Shown here piece after piece: positions 18,895-28,718 of a stretch of DNA of 64,000 nt (positions are counted from its first letter, which is position 1; each line of letters begins with the position of its first letter). This DNA is from Candidatus Kaiserbacteria bacterium. GTDB lineage: Bacteria; Patescibacteriota; Minisyncoccia; Phycocordibacterales; UBA918. The stretch is from contig CP064968.1 of the NCBI GenBank assembly GCA_016699245.1, forward strand, positions 985,015-1,049,014, read 5' to 3'. A program made the position numbers and the translations under genes. The notes beneath the pieces are model-generated. The model did not search any database. It had not been told where the DNA came from and worked only from the letters and a program-made list of their open reading frames with translations.

Positions 18895-19704
18895 ATGAAA
18901 CAACTACTTCGTGATACGTATATTGCACTTGCCCACATAACGGGAGTTTCATGGCTGTATCGTGCACATGTGCGCACAAAGGGTCCTTTGGTGCGTGTGA
19001 TTGTCTTCCATGACATTGAGGACAGAGAATGGTTTGCGGAGAGTATCAGGACTCTTTGTACGCACTGCCACATGCTCACACCTGAAGAATTTACTGCCGG
19101 GAATTTTGATACGAAGCGAATAAACATACTCGTCACCTTTGATGATGGCTACGCTTCGTGGGTGGATGTATGCCTTCCCGCGCTTTTAGAATATAACGTG
19201 AAGGCGCTTTTTTTCGTCAATTCAGGGCTCCTTGATGCACAAAATAAAGAAGAGCAAGAGACCTTTGTGCGAGAGAGACTTCTGCTCACAAAGCCACACC
19301 GTATCCTTGACTGGGAAGGTGCGCGCACACTTTTGCGTGCGGGCCACACCATAGGTGGCCATACACGTACACACATGCGTCTCAGTGAATTACCTGTGGC
19401 AGAGCAGGAGGAAGAAATAAAGGGCGACAAGGTACGTCTCAGTACTATGCTCGGCACGAGCGCTACAGCTATTGCGTATCCCTTTGGCAATCAGGGCGAT
19501 TATACAGAAGACACGGCGCGCCTTATGAGCGAAGCCGGCTACACTCACGCATTCACAACCGAGGGTGTCTTTGCTGATATGCGTACTCCATACGCAATCT
19601 CTCGCCTTTGTATTCCTGATAGTCTTCCACCCACGACACTCCGCAGGTGGGGAGAGGGTGGATACGACCTATACGGTATACTGAAGAAACTATGTGCGCG
19701 ATAA
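18895..19704 (+). CDS. polysaccharide deacetylase (NodB homology / CE4)
   Basis: ..ILVTFDDGYASW.. and ..GHTIGGHTRTH.. NodB-domain metal/catalytic motifs. Confidence 0.8.
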   Translation: MKQLLRDTYIALAHITGVSWLYRAHVRTKGPLVRVIVFHDIEDREWFAESIRTLCTHCHMLTPEEFTAGNFDTKRINILVTFDDGYASWVDVCLPALLEYNVKALFFVNSGLLDAQNKEEQETFVRERLLLTKPHRILDWEGARTLLRAGHTIGGHTRTHMRLSELPVAEQEEEIKGDKVRLSTMLGTSATAIAYPFGNQGDYTEDTARLMSEAGYTHAFTTEGVFADMRTPYAISRLCIPDSLPPTTLRRWGEGGYDLYGILKKLCAR

Positions 19705-21560
19705 ACGGCATTACTAAAAAAGATGAGGCGCTTGTAACAAAAATGAATGAGCGCACGAAGCACCGTGGCCCTGATGGCTCTTCGGTGTATCAAAGTGGCA
19801 ACATTACCCTTGGCCATAATCGCCTTGCGATTATCGATACCTCCCACGCTTCCGATCAGCCGATGCAGAGCAATGACGAACGCTATACCATTGTCTTTAA
19901 TGGTGAGATATATAACTACCGTGAACTCCGTGAAGCGTTGCGTGCACACTATGATTTTAAGACAGAGGGAGATACTGAAGTGCTTCTCGCAGCATACGCT
20001 ACGTGGGGAAGGGAGATGTTCCCGCGCCTACGGGGCATTTTTGCATTCGCGCTTTGGGACAAGGAGACAGAAACACTTTTCCTCGCACGTGACCACATGG
20101 GTGTGAAGCCACTCTATTATACGGAGCGAGACGGAGTACTCACGTTCTCTTCCGAACTCCCCGCAGTCTTGCTTTCTGTCCCTTCACCTACACTCAATAT
20201 GGAAAGTGTGGGATTTTATCTCAGTATGGAATATGTACCTGCGCCTCAGACACTCGTAGAAGGTGTGTACAAACTCGAAGCAGGGCAGGCGCTTATCTGG
20301 AAAGCGGGTGCATACACGACATATTCATTTCTTCAGCCAGTACCAGAGAAAAAAACAGTATCACATGAGGATGTGTACGAGACGATCCAAAAAGCGGTGG
20401 AGCGGCAAATGGTGTCCGACCGGCCTATAGGAGCATATCTTTCAGGAGGGTTTGACTCGAGTATTGTGGTGCATCATATGGCACAATTTTCTCCGCATAC
20501 TCGCACATACTCGGTAGACTTTGAAGCGGTGCGGGGAGAGGAATCTGAAGCGTCAAAGTTTAATGCTGATGCGATACTTGCAAAAGAGACTGGAAAGTTT
20601 TTTGGTACCGAACACAAGACACTCACGATTACCCTTGATGCAGTACGAAACTCACTTGAGCAAGTACTTTCCTCGATGAGTGAACCGGTAGCCAACTCTA
20701 CGGCAGTGACACAGTATCTCCTCAGCGACTTTGTGCGTAAGGACGGCACAATTGTGGTCTTGGGTGGCGATGGTGGTGATGAACTCTTTGGGGGGTATAC
20801 ACGTCATCGTATCGCAATGGGGGCGTACCTCTATCAAACACTTCCGCTTCCTCTACAACATCTCGGAGCGCGGATGAGCCCACGTGTGGGGAAACTTGCG
20901 ACGCCGTTTGGTACTTCACTCCACAGAGCGCTCATGGTAAAAGATGAAAAGAAAATTCGCCCGTTTCTTTCTCGTGATCTAGGTATCAATGCGAGCACTA
21001 CAGAATTTTTTAATGCGCAGTATGCAAAGGTGGGGAATACACAGCACCCACTTGATACTTTTATGCAGGTAGACCGCCACACCTGGCTTCCTGATGAGTG
21101 CTTTGTACGCTCTGACTATGCTTCTATGGCGCACGGCATTGAACTGAGGGTGCCCTTTGTCGATACGGATGTAGTCTACATGTCTGATCAAATTTCAGTC
21201 TGGCACAAGACGCTTCCGCACGAGGGAAAACGCATCATTCGCCACACATATAAAAAGTATCTTCCTCCACATCTCTACAATCAGCCAAAACGGGGATGGC
21301 TTTCTCCTGCAGCTAAGTGGTTTCGCGACCCTGTCATCAATGTATTTATGCGGGACACATTTTCCTCTCCGTATTACAATGGCCTCGATAGCCTTTTTGA
21401 TTGGGAGGCAGTACAGAGGCTTCTTTCTGACCATGTTGAAAAGCGGGGCTATTACCTGTATCCTCTTTGGAACATCCTGGTGCTCCAGGTGTGGGCAAGG
21501 GCACACGGCGTGCGTATAGATGAGTATCAAAAAACTTTACTGGGTAGACTACAGTTATAA
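19692..21560 (+). CDS. asparagine synthase (glutamine-hydrolysing) family amidotransferase, WbpS-like
   Basis: MC(A)INGI N-terminal nucleophile Cys2. ..HRGPDGS.. and ..LGHNRLAIID.. GATase-II motifs. PP-loop ..YLSGGFDSS.. in the synthetase domain. Start set at the Met-Cys. Confidence 0.85.
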   Translation: MCAINGITKKDEALVTKMNERTKHRGPDGSSVYQSGNITLGHNRLAIIDTSHASDQPMQSNDERYTIVFNGEIYNYRELREALRAHYDFKTEGDTEVLLAAYATWGREMFPRLRGIFAFALWDKETETLFLARDHMGVKPLYYTERDGVLTFSSELPAVLLSVPSPTLNMESVGFYLSMEYVPAPQTLVEGVYKLEAGQALIWKAGAYTTYSFLQPVPEKKTVSHEDVYETIQKAVERQMVSDRPIGAYLSGGFDSSIVVHHMAQFSPHTRTYSVDFEAVRGEESEASKFNADAILAKETGKFFGTEHKTLTITLDAVRNSLEQVLSSMSEPVANSTAVTQYLLSDFVRKDGTIVVLGGDGGDELFGGYTRHRIAMGAYLYQTLPLPLQHLGARMSPRVGKLATPFGTSLHRALMVKDEKKIRPFLSRDLGINASTTEFFNAQYAKVGNTQHPLDTFMQVDRHTWLPDECFVRSDYASMAHGIELRVPFVDTDVVYMSDQISVWHKTLPHEGKRIIRHTYKKYLPPHLYNQPKRGWLSPAAKWFRDPVINVFMRDTFSSPYYNGLDSLFDWEAVQRLLSDHVEKRGYYLYPLWNILVLQVWARAHGVRIDEYQKTLLGRLQL

Positions 21561-21562
21561 CA

Positions 21563-22414
21563 GTGTGTATGAAAATAGGATTTATTGGACAGGGTTATGT
21601 GGGGAAAAATATTGCAAATGACATTGAGTCGAAGGGACATACCGTGGTGCGGTATGCTCTTGAGAAAGAATACGTAGGGAATAAGGATGCACTCAAGGAG
21701 TGCGATATCACGTTTATTGCGGTACCTACTCCTACTACACCTGAGGGGTTTGATTACAGTATCATCGAGAAAAGCCTTTCTCTTCTTCGAGACGGAAGTA
21801 TTGTTGTAATAAAGTCGACTCTTCTTCCGGGCACAACGCGAAAACTGCAAGATACTTTTCCAAGTTTGGTCATACTTTTTTCTCCAGAATTTCTCTGTGA
21901 AGCAACTGCAGCGCACGATGCAGCACATCCTATTGTGAATGTCGTAGGAATATTCCCCGATTCTGCAGGACACCGCACAGCAGGCGAGACCGTCATGCGC
22001 ATACTCCCGAAGAGCCAGCATGAATTTATTATTCCTATTGAATCAGCGGAACTCTTTAAATACATTCACAACATTCATGGCTTCATGCGGGTGATTTTTT
22101 CAAATCTTTGCTATGACCTTGGAGAAAAGTTGGGGGTTGACTGGGTACATGTGGAGCAGATTATGAATGTCGATCCCATGATGTCGCCCTACTACAATGC
22201 ACCTCTTCACAAGAGCGGCCGTGGCGCAGGAGGACATTGTTTTATCAAGGATATGGCCGCATTTAGCCTCCTCTACCGTGAACTCTGTGTGAATGATACG
22301 AGTGGTGTCGAACTCCTCAAACTCATGGAGAAGAAAAATCTGGAACTCCTGGCTTCAACGCAGAAGGATCAGGATTTGGTGAATGGGGTATATGGTGATA
22401 GGACGCCTCATTAG
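21563..22414 (+). CDS. UDP-glucose/GDP-mannose dehydrogenase family protein, short form (283 aa)
   Basis: MKIGFIGQGYVGK NAD-binding start and catalytic-Cys motif ..GRGAGGHCFIKD... The ORF ends ~55 aa later, so the usual C-terminal UDP-binding domain seems absent. Confidence 0.6.
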   Translation: MCMKIGFIGQGYVGKNIANDIESKGHTVVRYALEKEYVGNKDALKECDITFIAVPTPTTPEGFDYSIIEKSLSLLRDGSIVVIKSTLLPGTTRKLQDTFPSLVILFSPEFLCEATAAHDAAHPIVNVVGIFPDSAGHRTAGETVMRILPKSQHEFIIPIESAELFKYIHNIHGFMRVIFSNLCYDLGEKLGVDWVHVEQIMNVDPMMSPYYNAPLHKSGRGAGGHCFIKDMAAFSLLYRELCVNDTSGVELLKLMEKKNLELLASTQKDQDLVNGVYGDRTPH

Positions 22415-22474
22415 TTTAGTATGCTGTATACGGTGTATACTGCATGGGTTTGAATACAAGTAATTATGTAAATC

Positions 22475-23761
22475 ATGAATAGTCAAAAGAAAATAGAGGC
22501 TACAATACATCAAGAAATAAAGTCGTATTTTAAAGACCTTCCTAAAAATCATTTTAAGAATCCAAATTGGATTGCTCCTATTGGAGGTGGATACTATGAT
22601 GATAAAGAGATTACAGCAGTAATGAAGTGTTATATTCATGGTTCTCTTTCTACACAAAAGCCCGTCATAGAATTTGAAAATAAGTTTTGTGCGTACACAG
22701 GAAATACTCATGGCATCGCCGTAAATTCAGGAACATCGGCAAACATTCTTGCGTTTAATGCACTCCTCGAAAATGGTGATTTAAAAAAGGGAGACGAAGT
22801 TGCGGTTCCCGCGACGACATTCATAAGTGTCGTGACGCCCATTATTCAGCTCGGATTAAAGCCTGTGTATATTGATATTGATCCACAGACACTCAATATG
22901 GACATAGGAGCGCTTGAAGAAGCACTCCAAAAAAAGAATAAAATCAAATGTGTCATTATCGTGCACACACTTGGATGTCCTGCTGATATGGAACGGCTTC
23001 TCCCAATTGCAAAAAAATATAAGCTCAAAGTAATTGAAGATTGTTGCGAGGCACATGGGGCAAAAATAAAAGGGAAGGTTGTTGGAAGTTTCGGAGATAT
23101 TGCGACATGGAGTTTTTATGTCGCACACAACATGACGACCGCAGAAGGAGGAATGATTCAGACGAATTCAGATACGTACAATACAATTCTCAGAGACTTA
23201 CGTGAATTTGGAAGACGAAGAATCCATACGGGGCCACGGTACAGTTATTCATCGGGGAAACTTAAAGACTTTGATGAGCGGTATACCTTCCATAAAATTG
23301 GCTGGAATTTCAGAATGGCTGACGCCCCCGCTGCATTTGGTATAGAACAGTTAAAAAAACTCCCTGCAATGAATGCGATTCGTATCAAGAATGCAGAATA
23401 TTTGAGTAAGCAACTCGCGGGACAGAGCGATATATTCCATTTCCCACCAACATCAGATGGAACATTTGTGCATGCGTACTATACGTTCCCAATTGTCATT
23501 AAGGACACTAAGCGTGTCGTCCGTAAAGAATTTGCACGATATCTGGAAGAGCACAAAATCGAGACACGAGCAATTATGTGCGGTACACTCCCCGATCAAC
23601 CTGGTCTCGTAAAAGCCCCGGGACGAAGTTTTGGCGCTTTGAAAAATAGTCGGTATATTAGGGACAACGCGATATCAATTGGATGTCACCCACTCCTCGG
23701 GCGGAAAGAGTTGGATTATATTATTGAGACCATAAAAAACTACATTACCCATGTCAGCTAA
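22475..23761 (+). CDS. DegT/DnrJ/EryC1/StrS-family PLP-dependent sugar aminotransferase/dehydratase (long RfbH/ColD-like form, 428 aa)
   Basis: ..GIAVNSGTSANILAF.. and the overall layout match the family. The length matches the RfbH/3-dehydrase subgroup better than the ~370-aa aminotransferases. Confidence 0.75.
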   Translation: MNSQKKIEATIHQEIKSYFKDLPKNHFKNPNWIAPIGGGYYDDKEITAVMKCYIHGSLSTQKPVIEFENKFCAYTGNTHGIAVNSGTSANILAFNALLENGDLKKGDEVAVPATTFISVVTPIIQLGLKPVYIDIDPQTLNMDIGALEEALQKKNKIKCVIIVHTLGCPADMERLLPIAKKYKLKVIEDCCEAHGAKIKGKVVGSFGDIATWSFYVAHNMTTAEGGMIQTNSDTYNTILRDLREFGRRRIHTGPRYSYSSGKLKDFDERYTFHKIGWNFRMADAPAAFGIEQLKKLPAMNAIRIKNAEYLSKQLAGQSDIFHFPPTSDGTFVHAYYTFPIVIKDTKRVVRKEFARYLEEHKIETRAIMCGTLPDQPGLVKAPGRSFGALKNSRYIRDNAISIGCHPLLGRKELDYIIETIKNYITHVS

Positions 23762-24758
23762 AAATATACTCGTTACCGGAGGCACCGGCGCTATTGGTTC
23801 GAATCTTATTAAAAGACTCATTGAAATTGATGATTTTGACACCCTCGTCATTCTTGATAACAACTCATCGGGTCATGCTGATAACGCGCACTCACACCCT
23901 AAAATTGTGTATGTGTATGGAGATATTTGTGATGACGAAGTGCTGAGTAAGGTATTTGAACACAACATTACGCATGTCTATCACTTGGCAGCAAACTTCG
24001 CCAACCAACTCTCGGTTGATTTTCCGGTGAAAGACCTCACCACCAATGGTATTGGTATTGTGAAGTTACTTGAAAAGTCAGTTGCGCATAAGGTAGAAAA
24101 ATTTTTGTACTCATCATCTTCGTGTGTATACCGACCAACCGGAGAGCCATTTACTGAGACGAGCCCTCTCATGCTTTCGACTCCGTATGCGATTACGAAG
24201 TTACTTTCAGAGCATTATGTTACGTTCTTTAGTAAGTTCAAAGGACTCCCTGCAGTTGTCGTTCGTTACTTTAGTAGTTATGGTCCGGGAGATTACCCGG
24301 GAAAATTCAGAAGTGTTATTCCAAATTTCTTATGGAGTGCAATGCATGGTATGCCTCTTACCATAACCGGTACCGGCGAAGAGACACGACCATTTACCTA
24401 CGTCGGCGATATTGTGGAGGGAACTATTGCGGCGATGGAAAAGAGTCAACATAAAGTCCTTAAAAACTACTATACACACCCGCTTGAGGCAGATGACAAT
24501 CTTGTGTACAACATCGGGACCGAGGTGGCGACAACGATGTCAGATCTTGCACAAAAGGTGAATGCACTCTGTGGTAATAAATCAGAGATTGTGTATGTAC
24601 CAAGACGTGATTGGGATGTGGTATTACATCGACCTGTCGACGCATCAAAAGCTCGCAAGGAATTGAATTTTGAAGCACAGGTATCACTCGATGAAGGACT
24701 CAGGAAGACACTCGACTGGTTTGAATCGGACGGATTCAATAAAAACCATGTGGTCTAA
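23751..24758 (+). CDS. NAD-dependent epimerase/dehydratase (SDR)
   Basis: ..ILVTGGTGAIGSNL.. Rossmann motif. YxxxK-type SDR fold. Confidence 0.8.
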   Translation: MSAKNILVTGGTGAIGSNLIKRLIEIDDFDTLVILDNNSSGHADNAHSHPKIVYVYGDICDDEVLSKVFEHNITHVYHLAANFANQLSVDFPVKDLTTNGIGIVKLLEKSVAHKVEKFLYSSSSCVYRPTGEPFTETSPLMLSTPYAITKLLSEHYVTFFSKFKGLPAVVVRYFSSYGPGDYPGKFRSVIPNFLWSAMHGMPLTITGTGEETRPFTYVGDIVEGTIAAMEKSQHKVLKNYYTHPLEADDNLVYNIGTEVATTMSDLAQKVNALCGNKSEIVYVPRRDWDVVLHRPVDASKARKELNFEAQVSLDEGLRKTLDWFESDGFNKNHVV

Positions 24759-24781
24759 GGGGCTGAGTTTGCAATAAATGT

Positions 24782-25960
24782 ATGGGAGACAGCATTAAAA
24801 AAATAAAAGTGCTGTATGTCGTGAATGCACGTATGCCAAACGAGCGTGCAAATGGAGTGCAGATTGCACATACGTGCGAGGGAATTGGGGTGCAGGGTAT
24901 CGACCTCACTCTGGTGACGAGGTATACACGAGATACGGTGTCAGTCCCTGAGTTCTTTAACCTTGAGGATACATTTCCTCATACGAAGATATGCGCGATA
25001 GACATAGAAGGGATCCCATTTCGATACGCACTCCGCAATTTTTCTTTTTTTCTGTGTGCAAACATCTATATTTTTTCTGTATGGTGTCAGTCACTTTTTA
25101 CACGAAAGAAACTAGTGGTGTATGTACGGGGTGAAGTGGTGCTCTCGTTGATACCACTCTCCTACCTCATGCCTATATTTTTTGAGACTCATCAGATTCG
25201 AAATTTTGAAACGTTGTATATATGGGCGCTTCGATGTATGTGTGGTGTTATCGTCATTACTGAGGGACTTAAAAAAAAGTTTGTTGAAGCGTACGCATTA
25301 CCTGCTGATAGGATTCTTGTCGCTCGAGATGCTGTTGACTTACCAATGTTTGAATCAGTGCTACCGAATAGAGATATTTGGAGTATGCACGGGATTAGAA
25401 CGGGGAAGAAAATTGTATTGTATGCAGGGACGCTTGCTCCAGAAAAAGGTGTCGAGACATTGGCAGAAGCAGCAGATTTTCTTCCTCAAGATATACATAT
25501 TGTCTTTCTCGGGGGAACTGAGAACCAAGTGCACTCATTCAAAGAGCGATATGGGCAAAAAAGTAACATTTCTATTTTGGGAAGAGTTGACTATGTTGAG
25601 GTACCGCACTATGTTGTATCGGCAGATGTCCTTGTTCTGCCTGATTCTGCTCTGTTTACCTATAGCAATCTATACACGTCACCTATGAAACTTTTTGAAT
25701 ACATGGCAAGTCGCATACCGATTGTGGCATCGAACGTACCGTCACTCCGCGAAGTCCTCGATAGTACCACAGCAACATTCTTTGAGTCAGGAAATGCAGA
25801 ATCACTTGCAAAGGCAATTCAGGATACACTCAAAGATACGTACGGTTCAAAAATACGCGCAGAGAGCGCGCATAGAGTCGTCTCAGCGTTTACATGGGAA
25901 CAGAGGACAAAAGCAATTGTAGCGCATATACTAGAGCGAGTTCATAAACGAAACAAATGA
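24782..25960 (+). CDS. glycosyltransferase family 4
   Basis: ..YAGTLAPEKGVETL.. and ..SPMKLFEYMASRIPIVASNVPSLREVL.. motifs. Confidence 0.8.
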   Translation: MGDSIKKIKVLYVVNARMPNERANGVQIAHTCEGIGVQGIDLTLVTRYTRDTVSVPEFFNLEDTFPHTKICAIDIEGIPFRYALRNFSFFLCANIYIFSVWCQSLFTRKKLVVYVRGEVVLSLIPLSYLMPIFFETHQIRNFETLYIWALRCMCGVIVITEGLKKKFVEAYALPADRILVARDAVDLPMFESVLPNRDIWSMHGIRTGKKIVLYAGTLAPEKGVETLAEAADFLPQDIHIVFLGGTENQVHSFKERYGQKSNISILGRVDYVEVPHYVVSADVLVLPDSALFTYSNLYTSPMKLFEYMASRIPIVASNVPSLREVLDSTTATFFESGNAESLAKAIQDTLKDTYGSKIRAESAHRVVSAFTWEQRTKAIVAHILERVHKRNK

Positions 25961-26565
25961 CAAACCAAGAAACATACGCAGAAAAAATTTATACCAGAAA
26001 GGGTATTACGAAAGAAAATGTCTTTACGCATGGTGAGAAAGTTCTTCATATCGGCCCGGGAAAAAAAGCATTGCCTGGCGCCGTTACGATAGATATACTT
26101 GATCTGCCGGGTATCGATATTGTGCATGATTTGGATGTGCTCCCGTGGCCTTTTCCCGACAATTCCTTCGACCTTATTTTTGCACATAGTGTATTTGAAC
26201 ATTTGGATAACCAGTTGGCGATTATGAAAGAGATGAAACGCATCTTGAAGCCAAAGGGGAGATTACTTATTGCAGTTCCGTATTTCCGTTGCCCTGATGC
26301 CTTTACCGACTCAACTCACAAACACTTCTTCACTACTCGTTCACTTGATTACTATATTGAAGGGAAGGCACTCGCACAGTATGAGTATGTCGATGCGCGG
26401 TTTCATCTACGTGGTTTTTGGTATGGTTGGCCACAGGTATCCGGTAATCCACTCGTGAGAATATTTAAGTGGTGTATAGGGAGGTATCCAAAGTTTTACG
26501 ATTCGCACCTCTCACTTCTTTTTCCTATGAAGATACTTATATGGGAACTTGAAGTTATAAAATAG
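25957..26565 (+). CDS. class I SAM-dependent methyltransferase
   Basis: ..VLHIGPGKK.. motif I and ..LKPKGRLLIAVPY.. Methyltransf_11-like pattern. Confidence 0.7.
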   Translation: MTNQETYAEKIYTRKGITKENVFTHGEKVLHIGPGKKALPGAVTIDILDLPGIDIVHDLDVLPWPFPDNSFDLIFAHSVFEHLDNQLAIMKEMKRILKPKGRLLIAVPYFRCPDAFTDSTHKHFFTTRSLDYYIEGKALAQYEYVDARFHLRGFWYGWPQVSGNPLVRIFKWCIGRYPKFYDSHLSLLFPMKILIWELEVIK

Positions 26566-26568
26566 TAT

Positions 26569-27663
26569 ATGCGTGTTGGTATTGTATTACATCCATTCGG
26601 TGATTCAAGAAAGGGACTTGAGCAGTATATATTTGAAAGCACTCGTTCTCTGATTGAGTCTTCAAAAACCCCATCTTCTTTTACGGTATTTGTGAAAGGT
26701 AATCCTGATACAACAGGATTACCGGAAGGGGTGCGCATAATACATATTCCCCATGTATGGTACTCCCAACTCTATCTCATACGGCACTCCACGTCGTGTG
26801 ATGTGTTTGTGTTCTTTACCGAGTCAGCCCCACTCTTTTTATGGCGGAAGAGTATTATTGTTTTCTTTGATGCAGCATATTATTACTTTGGAGACACCTC
26901 GTTTTTTGCGCGTATACAACGAAGTTTTTTAGCATTATGGAGAGGGTGGATGATGCGACTTTCAAGGCATGTGGTAACTATTTCAGAAGCGTCAAAAAAA
27001 GATTTAGTTGAAATTTTTTCGGTACCGAAAGACCATGTGTCTGTCATATATCCTGGATTCAAATCGCTTTATGGTGACATTATTGAAAAAACTGAACAGA
27101 ATCGTGAACCATATTTTATGTATATTGGTCCCATAAAAGAAAGAAAGAATGTTCTTGGCATCGTGAATGCATTTCTTCTTTTCAAAACTGATACGGGACT
27201 ACCGCATACATTATTTCTTGTGGGGAGAAAATCGAAAGGTGCATATGAAGAGAAAGTGGATGCACGCATAGAGGAGAGTGAATACAAAGACGCAATTGTC
27301 TTTAAGACGAATGTTTCGGATGCAGATTTGGGTGAGGTGTATCGAAACGCAACAGCACTTGTCTTTCCAAGTCTTCTTGAAGGATTTGGACTACCCGTAC
27401 TTGAGGCACTCAGTTGCAATTGTATGGTAATTACCTCTTCTACCACGAGCACCAAAGAAGCATTGGGAGATGTGGGTATGCTTGTTGATCCAAAAAATGA
27501 GCGGGAGATTGCTGCTGCGATGGCTCTTGTGGCGCGAGGTGAGTACGATAGAGCACTTTTTATTGAAAACGCAAAAAAACAGTCGACCTTTTTTACCTGG
27601 GAAAAATCGGGAGAAGCGTGGAATAGAGTGCTCCGCAAGAGTGCGAATCTTGAAAATACGTAG
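26569..27663 (+). CDS. glycosyltransferase family 4
   Basis: ..VFPSLLEGFGLPVLEALSCNCMVITS.. Glycos_transf_1 motif. Confidence 0.8.
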   Translation: MRVGIVLHPFGDSRKGLEQYIFESTRSLIESSKTPSSFTVFVKGNPDTTGLPEGVRIIHIPHVWYSQLYLIRHSTSCDVFVFFTESAPLFLWRKSIIVFFDAAYYYFGDTSFFARIQRSFLALWRGWMMRLSRHVVTISEASKKDLVEIFSVPKDHVSVIYPGFKSLYGDIIEKTEQNREPYFMYIGPIKERKNVLGIVNAFLLFKTDTGLPHTLFLVGRKSKGAYEEKVDARIEESEYKDAIVFKTNVSDADLGEVYRNATALVFPSLLEGFGLPVLEALSCNCMVITSSTTSTKEALGDVGMLVDPKNEREIAAAMALVARGEYDRALFIENAKKQSTFFTWEKSGEAWNRVLRKSANLENT

Positions 27664-27679
27664 TACAGTACTCTGACAT

Positions 27680-28714
27680 ATGCTTACAAAGAAAGCCTTC
27701 ATAACGGGAATAACTGGCCAAGATGGGTCCTATCTTGCACCACTGCTTTTAGATAAGGGGTATGAGGTGCATGCACTTTTTCGACACTCAGGCATCGACT
27801 TACCTATTTATGTTGATGATTTGATACGAAGTAAGAAAATTATCCCGCATGAGGGTTCTCTGACGAATCTGGCATCCCTGCATACCATTTTACACGACGT
27901 AAAGCCGGACGAAGTATATAATTTGGCTGCTCAGTCATTTGTATCTGAATCATTTAAAAACCCTGTGGATACCTGGGACGTGAACTATTACGGTGTGGGA
28001 CGACTGGTAAACGAAGCGGTGAGTGCAAATCCGAAAGTGCGCATATACCAAGCATCAACGAGTGAGATGTTTGGTAATTCACCTGCTCCTCAGAATGAGC
28101 ACACACCGTTTGACCCCCAGAGTCCGTACGCTGCGTCAAAGGCGCTCGCGCATGAAGACTTTATTGTCCATAAAAGAAAATCCCAAAATATATACGCCGT
28201 CTCGGGAATTTTGTTTAATCATGAATCACCGCGAAGAGGGAGACATTTTGTCACACGAAAAATTACCTTTACCTTAGCAAAAATAGCTGCGGGGCTTGAG
28301 GAGTGTCTTGAACTCGGGAATTTGAATGCGGTACGTGATTGGGGGCATGCGGAGGATTATATTGAAGCGATGTATCTCATGTTGCAACAAGACGTGCCCG
28401 ATGATTATGTCATTGCGAGTGGTGTGTCACACTCGGTACGAGATTTTGTAACTATTGCGGCTTTGTATTTTAATATTGAGATTGCATGGGAAGGGGAGGC
28501 TGAGTCTGAAGTAGGGCGAAACAAAAAGACAGGGAACGTAGTTGTAAAAGTAAATCCTGAGTTTTATCGTCCTCAGGAAGTAAATTTTATTCAGGGTGAC
28601 CCAGCGAAAGCATACACACAACTCGGGTGGAAACCACGTCACACCTTTGAGAGTCTCGTAACAGAAATGGTTACCGCAGATCAACTTTTAGTAGCGCGAG
28701 AATATAAACTATAA
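27680..28714 (+). CDS. gmd: GDP-mannose 4,6-dehydratase (paralog 1)
   Basis: Signature ITGITGQDGSYLA..LL..GYEVH and ..LFNHESPRRG.HFVTRKIT.. Confidence 0.9.
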   Translation: MLTKKAFITGITGQDGSYLAPLLLDKGYEVHALFRHSGIDLPIYVDDLIRSKKIIPHEGSLTNLASLHTILHDVKPDEVYNLAAQSFVSESFKNPVDTWDVNYYGVGRLVNEAVSANPKVRIYQASTSEMFGNSPAPQNEHTPFDPQSPYAASKALAHEDFIVHKRKSQNIYAVSGILFNHESPRRGRHFVTRKITFTLAKIAAGLEECLELGNLNAVRDWGHAEDYIEAMYLMLQQDVPDDYVIASGVSHSVRDFVTIAALYFNIEIAWEGEAESEVGRNKKTGNVVVKVNPEFYRPQEVNFIQGDPAKAYTQLGWKPRHTFESLVTEMVTADQLLVAREYKL

Positions 28715-28718
28715 AATA

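Noticed and set aside
27069-27638. 189-aa minus-strand ORF
   Set aside because: Antisense to the GT4 gene 26569-27663.
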